DNA of 64,000 nucleotides from Candidatus Borrarchaeum weybense (GCA_019057385.1 JAHQJS010000007.1:683685-747684); one strand, 5' to 3'; counted from the stretch's first letter, positions 40,631 through 50,449 are shown. Notes: generated by a model from the sequence alone, not told the origin. Translations and numbers: made by a program.

Positions 40631-41197
40631 TTAGCGAGAGATACAACTCTTAGAATTTAAGACCACTACAAGACAGTTTAATTCTTTGTTACCTATACAT
40701 GGCGATACATTAGCTTTGACTTCTGCTATATCACCTGGTTTAGCCCAAAAAACCCATTCAGGTACGTCCATTGTAGCATTCATGTTTAAAGAACGACCAG
40801 CTATGGCATCCGCTGGAAAAGATTTATATCCTTTTAACATTTTCTTGTTAAGATAATAAGAAAACTTCTCTAATTTTCTTCCGCATTTTATACACACATC
40901 TATGATCTCGCCACTTTTTTCGTCATATTGACGTGCGATACCAGCAGGGCATAGTATCTCCATATTGCACGGTTTGCAACGATAACCTAAATTTCGTCCT
41001 GAAGAGTCTTTAGGGGCTGAATTAACAACGCACGCAAAACAATAGTTTTTCAGGTCACAAGCTACGCCATTCGTTGTAAATCTTGGCGTTTTTGATGTTT
41101 TTAATTCATTTTCTGCAACTTTTCGTGAAATTTGTGTATAGAGCATTAAATTAAAAAGAATGATTACCAATGAAAATGTTATTAGTTTTATCATCAT
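40631..41197 (-). CDS. Paralog of 39678-40349 with N-terminal hydrophobic segment; IS-derived element inserted after its original start codon
   Basis: Same CKPC..CIKC and WAKPGDIAEV motifs. Removing 41192-41520 restores GAGGGA-N5-TTG ATA AAA CTA. Confidence 0.65.
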   Translation of the reverse strand: MMIKLITFSLVIILFNLMLYTQISRKVAENELKTSKTPRFTTNGVACDLKNYCFACVVNSAPKDSSGRNLGYRCKPCNMEILCPAGIARQYDEKSGEIIDVCIKCGRKLEKFSYYLNKKMLKGYKSFPADAIAGRSLNMNATMDVPEWVFWAKPGDIAEVKANVSPCIGNKELNCLVVVLNSKSCISR

Positions 41198-41520
41198 CGT
41201 AAGAAAACCCCTCAGCTTGTTGGGGTGATAAATGAATTGCGTCTTTTACGTGTTTCACTTTCACCCAGGTCTCTGTAATTGTTAAATAATGTTCGCATAC
41301 ATATGATATGTGTCTACCTGCAGGCACGAGGTCGGCATGTGAGTACCCTTCTGAACCCTGTATGCCATAAAGCCAAGTGGGTCTGGAAGGGGACACAGTA
41401 GGGCAGGAACTGTCCGATTTAAAGCCTGTGTTAAGCCGATACCCGTTAAAGGTATGGTTGGAGACGCCGTAGGTCGTCTATAAAGCAGGAAGCCATTCAA
41501 CTTGTTGGATGGTAGTTCAC
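41192..41520 (+). mobile_element. ORF-less IS200/IS605-derived element (TTAT family) with omegaRNA-like scaffold
   Basis: TTTAT|catcatcgtaagaaaacccctcagcttgttgggg left end; shares gtttcactttcac and ttcgcata blocks with 10638; right end GAAGccattcaac-tt-gttggatggTAGTTCAC. Confidence 0.82.
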
Positions 41521-41540
41521 CAAATCGCTTCCCTCAACAC
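41309..41540 (+). ncRNA. Putative omegaRNA plus flank-derived guide
   Basis: TATA-like TTAAATA at 41282; long 5' hairpin TGTGTC..GACACA; GGGCAG-GAA-CTGTCC stem; GCCTG..GCAGGAAG. Confidence 0.55.
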
Positions 41541-41703
41541 CACTATGGTGCTTTTTCCTTAAAATACTTAGATATTTTGACACCATTGAGGGTACACAAT
41601 AACTGATGCCAAAGTACTTTTCTATCATTGGAGTTAATCAAAATTCCTTCCAAAATTATCTATAAACGTTAAAATTTTTTATTTAAATAAAAACAATGTA
41701 AAA

Positions 41704-42198
41704 GTGGTTTATTTAGAATCAAAAATAAGAGGGCCAAGCAATTTGAAATTAAACGAATTAGTTAAGAGATTAAAGGACGTTGCTCAAAAGCTGCAATCTT
41801 ATGATGAAACGGTTTATATGATAAATGAGAATTTACAAGTTGGACACGGAGAAGGAATCTACAAGTTTTCATTTGAAACCTATAAAAAAGAAGGTTCAAA
41901 AGCATCGATACCGATGGGGAGGGATTTCTTTCGTGACGAAATAAAAGGAATGGCCAGCCCAGAATTACTTAAAAAAACTCCAAGATTCACCTTGGAACCA
42001 ATTTATGACGAGATGCACGCAAATAAACTCGCAATTATAATAAAAAGCTGGTCTGAGACTATTCCTCAAGGCTTTATTGAAACATTAGGAAGCACATTAG
42101 ATCTCCCAAGAGACGTATCCTTGATCTCAGCGATAAGACTACTAGATGGAGAGATAAGACTAACAATAAATTCTGTTAAGATTCGAGATAAAGTCTAG
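41704..42198 (+). CDS. Hypothetical protein
   Basis: 164 aa ORF with TATA-like upstream sequence; no recognised motif. Confidence 0.6.
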   Translation: MVYLESKIRGPSNLKLNELVKRLKDVAQKLQSYDETVYMINENLQVGHGEGIYKFSFETYKKEGSKASIPMGRDFFRDEIKGMASPELLKKTPRFTLEPIYDEMHANKLAIIIKSWSETIPQGFIETLGSTLDLPRDVSLISAIRLLDGEIRLTINSVKIRDKV

Positions 42199-42267
42199 CA
42201 CTCAAAACTGTGAATCGATGAAAATTACCGTTTTTTAAATATCTCGTTTTAAAAAAAATGGCTAAAT

Positions 42268-42276
42268 TTGCGGAGA
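42268..42276 (+). promoter_or_regulatory. TTGCGGAGA motif upstream of Rab-like gene 1
   Basis: Same 9-mer occurs at 43258 and 43997, each about 14 nt before a TATA-like box. Confidence 0.5.
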
Positions 42277-42430
42277 GTTTTCTCATAACGTTAATAATAG
42301 ACAACTAAGCAAATATATAATATTAGAATCCTCGCGCGCCAGTTAAAAAAATAAGCAATATTTTGATCTTAGTGGCTCAATCTTTTGCTATATAGGTTTT
42401 TTAAATCCTATGCTTCGTTGATAAGCTAAG

Positions 42431-43093
42431 ATGAAACATATTAGTCAAGGGACGCTTTTCGACAAGAAAGAAACAGAAAAACTAAAGAGAGATGTGAGAA
42501 AAATGATGACATCATCAATAATAAATAGCCTTGTGGGCAGAGACGTTCGTAAAGTCAGACAATTTATTTTTAAGATCATTGCAGTTGGGGATGGGACAGC
42601 TGGTAAGACGAGTATTATTAGACGATACGTTCATGAAGAATTCGATTCGAAATACATTAAAACTATCGGCGTGTCTCATGCTTTAAAGAGACTTTGTCTA
42701 AACGATGCTGAAATAACTATAACGATTTGGGATACAGGTGGACAAGAATTATTCGACTGTATAAGACCCCAATACTATAGAGGTGCTCATGGAGTGCTTA
42801 TCGTCTACGACGTGACTAGCCAAGAAAGCTTTGACCATCTTGATAAATGGATAGCTGAATTAGATTTTAACTGCGGAAATGTCCCAAAAATCATTGTTGG
42901 TAATAAAATTGACTTAACAGGTGAAAGGGTCATTCCTCCTGAAGCAGGAGAGAAATATGCGCGTCAAAACTTTGTAAGTCATTCTGAAACCTCTGCAAAA
43001 ACTGGTGAAAATATTGCAGAGGTTATGGAAGAACTCGCTAAATTGATTATCTCAAGAAGCAATAAGTTTAGAGCAGCCCGTGCAAAGAAATAG
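42431..43093 (+). CDS. Rab-like small GTPase 1
   Basis: GDGTAGKT, TIGV, WDTGGQE, YYRGA, NKID and ETSAK. Confidence 0.95.
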   Translation: MKHISQGTLFDKKETEKLKRDVRKMMTSSIINSLVGRDVRKVRQFIFKIIAVGDGTAGKTSIIRRYVHEEFDSKYIKTIGVSHALKRLCLNDAEITITIWDTGGQELFDCIRPQYYRGAHGVLIVYDVTSQESFDHLDKWIAELDFNCGNVPKIIVGNKIDLTGERVIPPEAGEKYARQNFVSHSETSAKTGENIAEVMEELAKLIISRSNKFRAARAKK

Positions 43094-43257
43094 ATTTGAT
43101 TAAATCTTCCTATTGTATATTTCCGAAATACAACCGATATCGACGAAATTATGTTTCTGAATCAAATTCATAATTTTAATTTCCGTATTATTTTACAAAA
43201 AGACCAAAATAACATTTCGATCTCTTTACATTTCCCACAGATCGATTTTGTTTTTTA

Positions 43258-43287
43258 TTGCGGAGAAAACTACTAAAATATTTATAA
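43258..43287 (+). promoter_or_regulatory. TTGCGGAGA + TATA promoter of Rab-like gene 2
   Basis: ttgcggaga aaactactaaaata tttata. Confidence 0.55.
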
Positions 43288-43352
43288 TAAGAAGGACGAA
43301 ATACCATTACTTTCATTGATAATTAACACATTTTTTAATTGAGTGATATTTG

Positions 43353-43889
43353 ATGGCTCATTATATCTTTAAGGTAATTGTCGTAGGTGACGGTTCAGTT
43401 GGCAAAACAAGCATTATAAGGAGATACGTTCACGAAAAATTCGATCCATACTATAAAAAAACTATTGGCGTCGCACACGCTGTAAAGAGAATTAATATTA
43501 AGGATACACAGGTAACACTAACTTTATGGGATACTGGTGGGCAAGAACTATTCGATTGTGTGAGACCACAGTATTATAGAGGGGCAAATGGCGTGTTGGT
43601 TGTCTATGATGTCACAAATAAAGAGAGTTTTGATCATCTTGATAAATGGCTTAATGACATATCTGATCAATGTGAAGAGATTCCAATAATACTTGTTGCC
43701 AATAAAATCGACCTGACAAATAAAAATATCATTCCTCGAGAAGAGGGAGAACGTTATGCGCTTAAGAAGAGCTTAACATTTTATGAAACTTCCGCAAAAA
43801 CGGGTAAAATGGTTGTTGATGTTTTAAAAGAACTCGCTAGACTAATGCTCAAAGTGGCCAAAAAGTTAGAGGCTAAGAAGAATCAATAG
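43353..43889 (+). CDS. Rab-like small GTPase 2
   Basis: GDGSVGKT, WDTGGQE, YYRGA, NKID and ETSAK. Confidence 0.95.
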   Translation: MAHYIFKVIVVGDGSVGKTSIIRRYVHEKFDPYYKKTIGVAHAVKRINIKDTQVTLTLWDTGGQELFDCVRPQYYRGANGVLVVYDVTNKESFDHLDKWLNDISDQCEEIPIILVANKIDLTNKNIIPREEGERYALKKSLTFYETSAKTGKMVVDVLKELARLMLKVAKKLEAKKNQ

Positions 43890-43996
43890 CATCTAAAGAA
43901 TTTCTATAAGCATTAATTCCAGAAGTTAGACATTTTTTATTACGTTTTAGATCTATCAATCATCAGTAGGCTGTAATAACTAATCTATTCATTATA

Positions 43997-44026
43997 TTGC
44001 GGAGAATTTTACTAGAATACTTAAAT
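43997..44026 (+). promoter_or_regulatory. TTGCGGAGA + TATA promoter of Rab-like gene 3
   Basis: ttgcggaga attttactagaata cttaaa. Confidence 0.55.
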
Positions 44027-44129
44027 CAACAAAAATATATAGTAATTTTACAGTAAGGAAATCTTATGCGTGTTTTTTAAAACTTTAAGAATGTTCTAAA
44101 CTATGTCCTCTTGATTGAAAGGGATCTTA

Positions 44130-44687
44130 ATGTCTCAATTTATATTTAAAATCATTGCAATCGGCGATGGAACAGTAGGTAAGACGAGTATTATTAGACG
44201 ATTCGTTCACGAAGAATTCAATCCAAAATATGTTAAGACTATCGGCGTATCTCATGCTTTAAAGAGACTTTTTATCGGAGATAACGATGTAACCCTTACT
44301 ATATGGGACACTGGAGGGCAAGAATTATTTGATTGTGTGAGACCACAGTATTACAGGGGAGCCAGCGGAGGATTTGTTATCTTTGACGTCACCAACAAAG
44401 ATAGTTTTGACCATCTTGACAAATGGTTTAATGACCTTAATAACCAATGCAGTGGGATAACTATCATCGTTATTGGTAATAAAATTGATTTAGAAGCGGA
44501 CCGAGTTATCTCTACAGAAGAGGGAGAACAATACGCATTGCAAAAAGGCGTAAAGTTTTTTGAAACTTCAGCAAAGACCGGCGAAAATGTGATTGATGTC
44601 ATGGAAGAACTCGCTAAATTGATTCTTTCGGAGAGGAAAGTCAAGACATCAGAGAAAACGAAAAAAACAGTTGATAAGGCCACGTAA
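44130..44687 (+). CDS. Rab-like small GTPase 3
   Basis: GDGTVGKT, WDTGGQE, YYRGA, NKID and ETSAK; ATG 44130 follows AAAGGGA. Confidence 0.95.
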   Translation: MSQFIFKIIAIGDGTVGKTSIIRRFVHEEFNPKYVKTIGVSHALKRLFIGDNDVTLTIWDTGGQELFDCVRPQYYRGASGGFVIFDVTNKDSFDHLDKWFNDLNNQCSGITIIVIGNKIDLEADRVISTEEGEQYALQKGVKFFETSAKTGENVIDVMEELAKLILSERKVKTSEKTKKTVDKAT

Positions 44688-44770
44688 AAGGAAAATTTTT
44701 TTATTTTCCGCCTGTTCAAAATCGAAATTAGATTCAACTTAAATTCTTTCGGCGGAGAGTTAATTGAGTT

Positions 44771-45553
44771 TTAAGCCCGAAAAACAACATTATGATGCTC
44801 TAATTCTTCAAGAATTTCTAAAACTTGTTTAGGGGTAATATCTGAAACTATATTTTCCTTTATAGTATCTGCAAAATCATTTACTGTGTAACCTTGATCT
44901 AAATTGAGTAGGATTGCTTGAACTTCCGTCGTTAAGCTGATATTTAAATTCATGTTTTTGATCTTATCAAGGATATTTTCTGTGTTAAATCCATCCAATG
45001 TATTTATTTTGAAAACAATGTTGTATCTTTTTTCTTCTTCCTTTTTTTTCAAAAATTCTGAGAAGCGACTACATAGCACCATTTTATAACAATTACAAAA
45101 AGACTCCCGATAATCGTCAGTAATCTTCTTATAATCGGTTATACACTTAAAACTAAATAATGTTTTTTTTAAATACAGACATGGTAGACGTAAGAGAAGT
45201 TCAGTAAACTGTGGTGTGAGTTCTTTGTACATAGTTACATCTAGTTTTTCCTGGTTAATAATCTCTTTGTATTGAATTAACATTTGTTTAATTGTTTCTA
45301 GAAATTGCTGGATAAATTCTTTTGGTTCATCTCCATCAACAAGTGTAGCAATGAAAGTGGATTCGTTTAGGGGTGTATAGATTAATTTTAAATTGTGGAA
45401 ATTGATAGAATCCATCGAGTCTAAAAGTTTTTGGCTTAATGATTGTATCGCATCGAGAAAACTTGAAAATAAAATCGGGTCAACTTCAACTGTGCTGATT
45501 TTGAAATTGAAAATGCAAACACCATTCTTAATCAAATAAACAGCGCGTATCAT
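44771..45553 (-). CDS. Longin-domain protein with Cys-rich middle and winged-helix-like C-terminus
   Basis: MIRAVYLIKNGVCIF..DPILFSSFLDAIQSLS is the Asgard longin pattern; C..C..CNC..C middle; VLEILEELEHHNVV end. Confidence 0.75.
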   Translation of the reverse strand: MIRAVYLIKNGVCIFNFKISTVEVDPILFSSFLDAIQSLSQKLLDSMDSINFHNLKLIYTPLNESTFIATLVDGDEPKEFIQQFLETIKQMLIQYKEIINQEKLDVTMYKELTPQFTELLLRLPCLYLKKTLFSFKCITDYKKITDDYRESFCNCYKMVLCSRFSEFLKKKEEEKRYNIVFKINTLDGFNTENILDKIKNMNLNISLTTEVQAILLNLDQGYTVNDFADTIKENIVSDITPKQVLEILEELEHHNVVFRA

Positions 45554-45782
45554 GTGGATTCAACTTCACTCAATAGAAATTTTTAGTATTTGTATTAAAC
45601 AATCATTTACAGAATTATTAATTATCGAACAGGTTTTAGAATCATTCATGTCAGTCAAAGTAATGCCCCCTAGTCTCCCAGAGAAATAATTCTTACATGA
45701 AATAAAAAATTTTCGAACAAGTTTGTAAAACTTCAAAAATAGTCGCAAAATAAATCAAATTATTAAACAAGTATGTCAAATT

Positions 45783-46631
45783 CTAAATACGCAGTAAGAA
45801 TTTCCGGCTACGTGCATATCTAAGATAAATAACTGCAACAATGACAAGGGAATAACTTAAAAGCCATAGGAGATCAACAGGATGATAAGTAACATAGGTT
45901 TCTTCCCATAGGATAATACTGAACCACGAATCTGCAAAAACGTCTATTAGAAAAGACAGAGCAAGAATAAACCACGCCCAAGATATCTTTGCCACTCTAA
46001 ATCTCAAGAGAACAAGCATTGCAAATAAGAAGAGTATTATATCCGTTACTGGGTAAATAATACTAGTAACTTTTTCTGAAAAGGCGAAGTCTTCACCGAC
46101 AGGATATGTAGCAATAGGCCATATTACAAGAAGTATAATGGCAAGAATACATACTACAGAAATAATACAATAGGAAACGAGAAGTTTTTTTGTTAACTTA
46201 GGCTTAATTAGCTGATTTGTTTTGAAAAGCGCTACGTATAAAGGAAAGAAGCCAGCAAGCCATAGAATATCGGCGAAACTAGGATAAGGAGTATCAATAC
46301 CTAAGAGTACTTCAAAATAAAACCATCCAAACTCGCCAAGAGCCCAAAATAGATTGCCTAACGCAATCAGAAGCCAAATCTTGCTATTCAAAGTCTTATA
46401 GCCGTAGATCTTAAAGCTCGCAAACAATGATCCTATCGTCGCACCTATGCCAAATAATACGGGCACTATATCTGTAAAAAATATTCCGCCCTCGAACTCG
46501 GGAATAAATTGAGTTAAATATACAATAGTTACAAATAATAAGCTACCAATAACAACTGCAATTAGTCCAATGAGTTCTACTGTTATTTTGGATATAGTAA
46601 AAATGCTTTTTTCTTCCTTAAATGGTGTCAT
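45783..46631 (-). CDS. Stand-alone multi-TM sensor-like membrane protein
   Basis: W..IALG...W.LGE..W..PYPSFAD..WL and YP..D motifs, typical of N-terminal membrane sensor domains; no output domain. Confidence 0.7.
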   Translation of the reverse strand: MTPFKEEKSIFTISKITVELIGLIAVVIGSLLFVTIVYLTQFIPEFEGGIFFTDIVPVLFGIGATIGSLFASFKIYGYKTLNSKIWLLIALGNLFWALGEFGWFYFEVLLGIDTPYPSFADILWLAGFFPLYVALFKTNQLIKPKLTKKLLVSYCIISVVCILAIILLVIWPIATYPVGEDFAFSEKVTSIIYPVTDIILFLFAMLVLLRFRVAKISWAWFILALSFLIDVFADSWFSIILWEETYVTYHPVDLLWLLSYSLVIVAVIYLRYARSRKFLLRI

Positions 46632-46922
46632 TGACAACCTCCTTATGTTAAGATTTTGAAAACTCGCATATAATTTTTCCGACCTATTTTTTAGAAATCA
46701 ATGTTATTTGAATTCTGTAGAGAATTGTTAAATCATTGGTTTATTCTCTCTTTCTGCGCTGCAGATGCTGTAAAATATTAGAATCTTTTACTCTGTTAAT
46801 TACAATTAAAATCTCAAGATTCTCCATAAGAAAATTTAATTTCAGATTGCAAAGGAGGAGTGACAAAATTTAAAATAGAAGAAGTGTTTTTGAAGTCATA
46901 TCTGTAAAAGCGAGGAAACTCT

Positions 46923-47384
46923 ATGATGCACCAAAAGATTTTAATTAAGCAGAAAAAAAATATTGCACTAATTGCTCACGATGAACGAAAACAGGATCTC
47001 CTAGACTGGGTGAAATTCAACAAAGGTACCCTAAGTCAGCATAATTTATTTGGAACTGGAACCACTGGATCGCTTATCGCACAGAACGTAGGACTAAATG
47101 TGACAAGATTCAGAAGTGGTCCTTTGGGTGGCGATCAACAGGTCGGTGCGAAAATTGCTGAAGGAGAAATTGATTTTCTCATCTTCTTTTGGGATCCTCT
47201 CGAATCCCATCCTCACGACCCTGATGTCAAAGCTCTTCTACGGATAGCTGTAGTTTGGAATATTCCGATCGCCTGTAATAGGGCAACAGCGGATTTCCTG
47301 ATCTCTTCACATCTTTTGTCTGAAGAATACGAACGTCTTGTAATTGATTATGAGAAGAGATATAAGAGGGATCAGTTTACCTAA
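46923..47384 (+). CDS. mgsA: Methylglyoxal synthase
   Basis: [21 protein letters not shown] and [11 protein letters not shown]. Confidence 0.97.
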   Translation: MMHQKILIKQKKNIALIAHDERKQDLLDWVKFNKGTLSQHNLFGTGTTGSLIAQNVGLNVTRFRSGPLGGDQQVGAKIAEGEIDFLIFFWDPLESHPHDPDVKALLRIAVVWNIPIACNRATADFLISSHLLSEEYERLVIDYEKRYKRDQFT

Positions 47385-47919
47385 TCTGAGTTCTGGAATT
47401 TGTCTTCAAGTCTTCAGTTAAATGCTTTTCTTTTTTTCTTCGCCTTTGCAACCGTATTATACCCATTAAAAGGTTTATTCGTGGCACAGATTCCATATAG
47501 CATTCATAATCGTCCCCAAACTTCTCGATGCAATCCTTATCCGCGTTATGTGTATCTATATAGAATAAAATGGCTGATATAATACCAATAATTACGATTA
47601 TCCAGTTTTGAGCAATGAAAATCAATGCAAGGTTGAAGAAAATCCCAGCTAGATATTGTGGATGTCGAACAATTCCATAGAGTCCGCTGTCAACAAGTTT
47701 TGTAGTATTTATGTGACTTTTTCCTTCAGGAATTCCACCTTCTTTTTGAAGAAAATAGATAGGCAGGCAACCAAAGACTATGCTGAGAGCCCAGAGTATT
47801 CCTCCGACAACTTGAAGTGTCACCAAACCAGTAGAGTTGAAAAAAAAGAAACTCAATATGATTTGTGCTACCGTCAAAATCCCTGCAACTAATCCTAAAA
47901 TATAGACTTTCCATTCAAT
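47377..47919 (-). CDS. Isoprenylcysteine carboxyl methyltransferase / PEMT family membrane protein (probable ATT start)
   Basis: [15 protein letters not shown] and FG..Y..Y...VPR. The frame extends to ATT at 47919 after GAGGAGGGG, completing the first TM helix. Confidence 0.85.
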   Translation of the reverse strand: MEWKVYILGLVAGILTVAQIILSFFFFNSTGLVTLQVVGGILWALSIVFGCLPIYFLQKEGGIPEGKSHINTTKLVDSGLYGIVRHPQYLAGIFFNLALIFIAQNWIIVIIGIISAILFYIDTHNADKDCIEKFGDDYECYMESVPRINLLMGIIRLQRRRKKEKHLTEDLKTNSRTQIR

Positions 47920-48360
47920 AAGTAAAGCCCCCTCCTCTCTAGTTTGCCAATACTTTCAATTTGTTGCCAACTCAAGTGAATATAATCTAAATATGTATAT
48001 GTACAAAGGTTATACTGTAATATTCCCAATAAAGTTTCAATTTGTAACTGACGATTATAATGAAGGATATTTTGCATTTTCCCTTCTTCTCTCTTGTTTT
48101 AAAATTCTTTGTTGATTTGCTGATCCTTAATGATTCCTGCGTTGTACTCAACCAATTTATTCTTTGTTAATTCGTTAAGGGCTCTTTTAATCGATTTTTT
48201 AGTAAGATGGGTATTGATTCATATTTATTGCCTAATTTGTAACTTTTATAAATATTCTAAACTTTTTTAAAGTAATATTATATTTACTACGTGTAGATTT
48301 CTTACTATGCGTAAATGTAATGAATGATCATTATATTTAGAATTATAAAAGGTGAAATAA

Positions 48361-50379
48361 TTGACAAAAGAACAAATCGAGAAACCATCTATTGATGGAG
48401 GAATAAGCGTTCCTTTCGAAGAACGAATGGAAAGTATACTTACAGAATCGCGTGTGTTCGATCCTGAAGTCCTGAACGAAGAATTCGCAAAAACAGGCAT
48501 CTCAATGAACGAATACAAAAAACTCTATAGAAAAAGCATTGAAGATCCCGATGCATTTTGGAGTGAGCAAGCTCAATTGCTCGATTGGTTTAAACCTTAC
48601 GATAGAGTTTGGACAAAAACTAATTTGTTCCCTGGTAAATGGTTTGATGGGGGAAAACTAAATGTTAGCTACAATTGTATTGATCGTCACGTGAAGAACG
48701 GTAAAGGAGAAAAAATAGCTATAATTTGGGAAGGCGATGAGCCAGGTCATGTAAGACTCATTACTTATGAAGAACTCTTGAAGGAAGTCTCTAAAGTCGC
48801 TAATGCCATGAAAAAGTTAGGGATTAAGAAAGGGGACCGTGTGACATTGTGGTTACCCATGATTCCTGAATTAGCGATTATAATGTTAGCATGCGCACGA
48901 CTTGGCGTAATCCACTCAATCGTCTTCGGAGGATTCTCCAAAGAGGCTGTGAAAGAAAGAATTGAGGATTCTGATAGTCGTCTCTTGTTTACTTCGGATG
49001 AGACATTGCGAGCTGGCAAAGCATATCCTAAAATGAGTGATGTCGTGCAAATCCTGCCCGAATGTCCAACAATTGAACAAGTAATTGTTGTGAAACGAAG
49101 TGGAAATGATGTACCTCACACAGACAAGGATATTTGGTATCACGATTTCATCAGTGATGTCAGTGATAACTGTGAATGTGAAGAAATGGATGCTGAAGAC
49201 ACCCTGTTTATCCTTTACACGAGCGGTACAACTGGTAAGCCAAAAGGTGTGAAGCATACTACCGCAGGATACCTCCTATATACTGGTCTTACACATAAAT
49301 ATGTCTTTAACTACCAGGAAGGAGATATTTGGTTCTGTAGTGCAGATATTGGCTGGATAACTGGACACAGTTACATTGTCTATGGTCCTCTAGCTAACGG
49401 TGCTACTACACTGATGTTTGAAGGTGTGCCAACGTATCCAGATAGAGACAGATACTGGGATATTTGCGAAAGACATAAAGTTACACATTTCTATACCGCG
49501 CCTACCGCGATTAGAGCGCTGATGGGATACGGCGAGAGCTTCGTAAATCGACATGATCTAAGTTCCCTTAAAGTATTAGGGACAGTTGGTGAACCAATTA
49601 ATCCAGAGGCCTGGACATGGTATCATAGAGTTGTTGGAAAAGAAAAATGCCCAATCGTTGACACTTATTGGCAGACGGAAACGGGTGGCTTTGTTATGAC
49701 GCCATTTGCTACAGCAACTCCCACAAAACCAGGATCTTGTTGTTTGCCTTTCTTCGGAATTAAACCAGTAATCTTTGACGAAGCTGGAAGTGAAGTAACA
49801 GAACCTAATGTCGGAGGATACCTTGCATTCGAAATGTCATGGCCGGGAATGCTTCGCGATGTGTGGGGTGATACTGAACGGTTCAAATCTACATATCTAG
49901 AGAGGTTTCCAGGATTTTATTACACAGGTGATGGAGCAAGAAAAGATGAAGATGGCTATTACTGGATATTAGGAAGATTAGATGATGTCATGAAAGTATC
50001 AGGACATAGAATCGGAACGATGGAAGTTGAATCAGCACTTGTTAGCCATCCAAAAATAGCTGAAGCAGCAGTCGCACCATTTCCTCACTCTATCAAAGGC
50101 CAAGCCATTTGGGCGTATGTCACCCTGATGGCAGGAACTGAAAAATCGGACGAACTTAAGAAGGACATTAGAATGCATGTTAGACGGGAAATTGGACCAG
50201 TCTTTCAACCAGATGTCATTCAATTCGCTGATGCTTTGCCCAAAACAAGAAGTGGAAAAATAATGCGTAGAATCCTGAAAGCGATTGCTTGTGGATCCGA
50301 AATCGGAAATGTCACAACATTAGCAGACCCATCGGTAGTACAGACCTTAATAGAGCAAAGACAACGTATAGAGAAATAA
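48361..50379 (+). CDS. acs: Acetyl-CoA synthetase (AMP-forming)
   Basis: YTSGTTGKPKG, DIGWITGHSY, DTYWQTETG and LPKTRSGKIMRR. Confidence 0.97.
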   Translation: MTKEQIEKPSIDGGISVPFEERMESILTESRVFDPEVLNEEFAKTGISMNEYKKLYRKSIEDPDAFWSEQAQLLDWFKPYDRVWTKTNLFPGKWFDGGKLNVSYNCIDRHVKNGKGEKIAIIWEGDEPGHVRLITYEELLKEVSKVANAMKKLGIKKGDRVTLWLPMIPELAIIMLACARLGVIHSIVFGGFSKEAVKERIEDSDSRLLFTSDETLRAGKAYPKMSDVVQILPECPTIEQVIVVKRSGNDVPHTDKDIWYHDFISDVSDNCECEEMDAEDTLFILYTSGTTGKPKGVKHTTAGYLLYTGLTHKYVFNYQEGDIWFCSADIGWITGHSYIVYGPLANGATTLMFEGVPTYPDRDRYWDICERHKVTHFYTAPTAIRALMGYGESFVNRHDLSSLKVLGTVGEPINPEAWTWYHRVVGKEKCPIVDTYWQTETGGFVMTPFATATPTKPGSCCLPFFGIKPVIFDEAGSEVTEPNVGGYLAFEMSWPGMLRDVWGDTERFKSTYLERFPGFYYTGDGARKDEDGYYWILGRLDDVMKVSGHRIGTMEVESALVSHPKIAEAAVAPFPHSIKGQAIWAYVTLMAGTEKSDELKKDIRMHVRREIGPVFQPDVIQFADALPKTRSGKIMRRILKAIACGSEIGNVTTLADPSVVQTLIEQRQRIEK

Positions 50380-50449
50380 ATTTTTGATTTACAATTTCCT
50401 TTTTTCTTTTTTAATTAATTTAAACTGCTTAAGTTTTAAGTTAGTTTCA

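Noticed and set aside
41151-41500. Two short minus-strand ORFs as transposase fragments
   Set aside because: No TnpA or TnpB motifs; they overlap the structured RNA region.
47377-47919. ICMT as the modifier of the nearby Rab-like GTPases
   Set aside because: The GTPases have no C-terminal Cys, and this family is widespread in prokaryotes.
48100-48215. Minus-strand wHTH-like fragment (LTKKSIKRALNELTKNKLVEY)
   Set aside because: Short, with no start codon; the resemblance is too weak to call.
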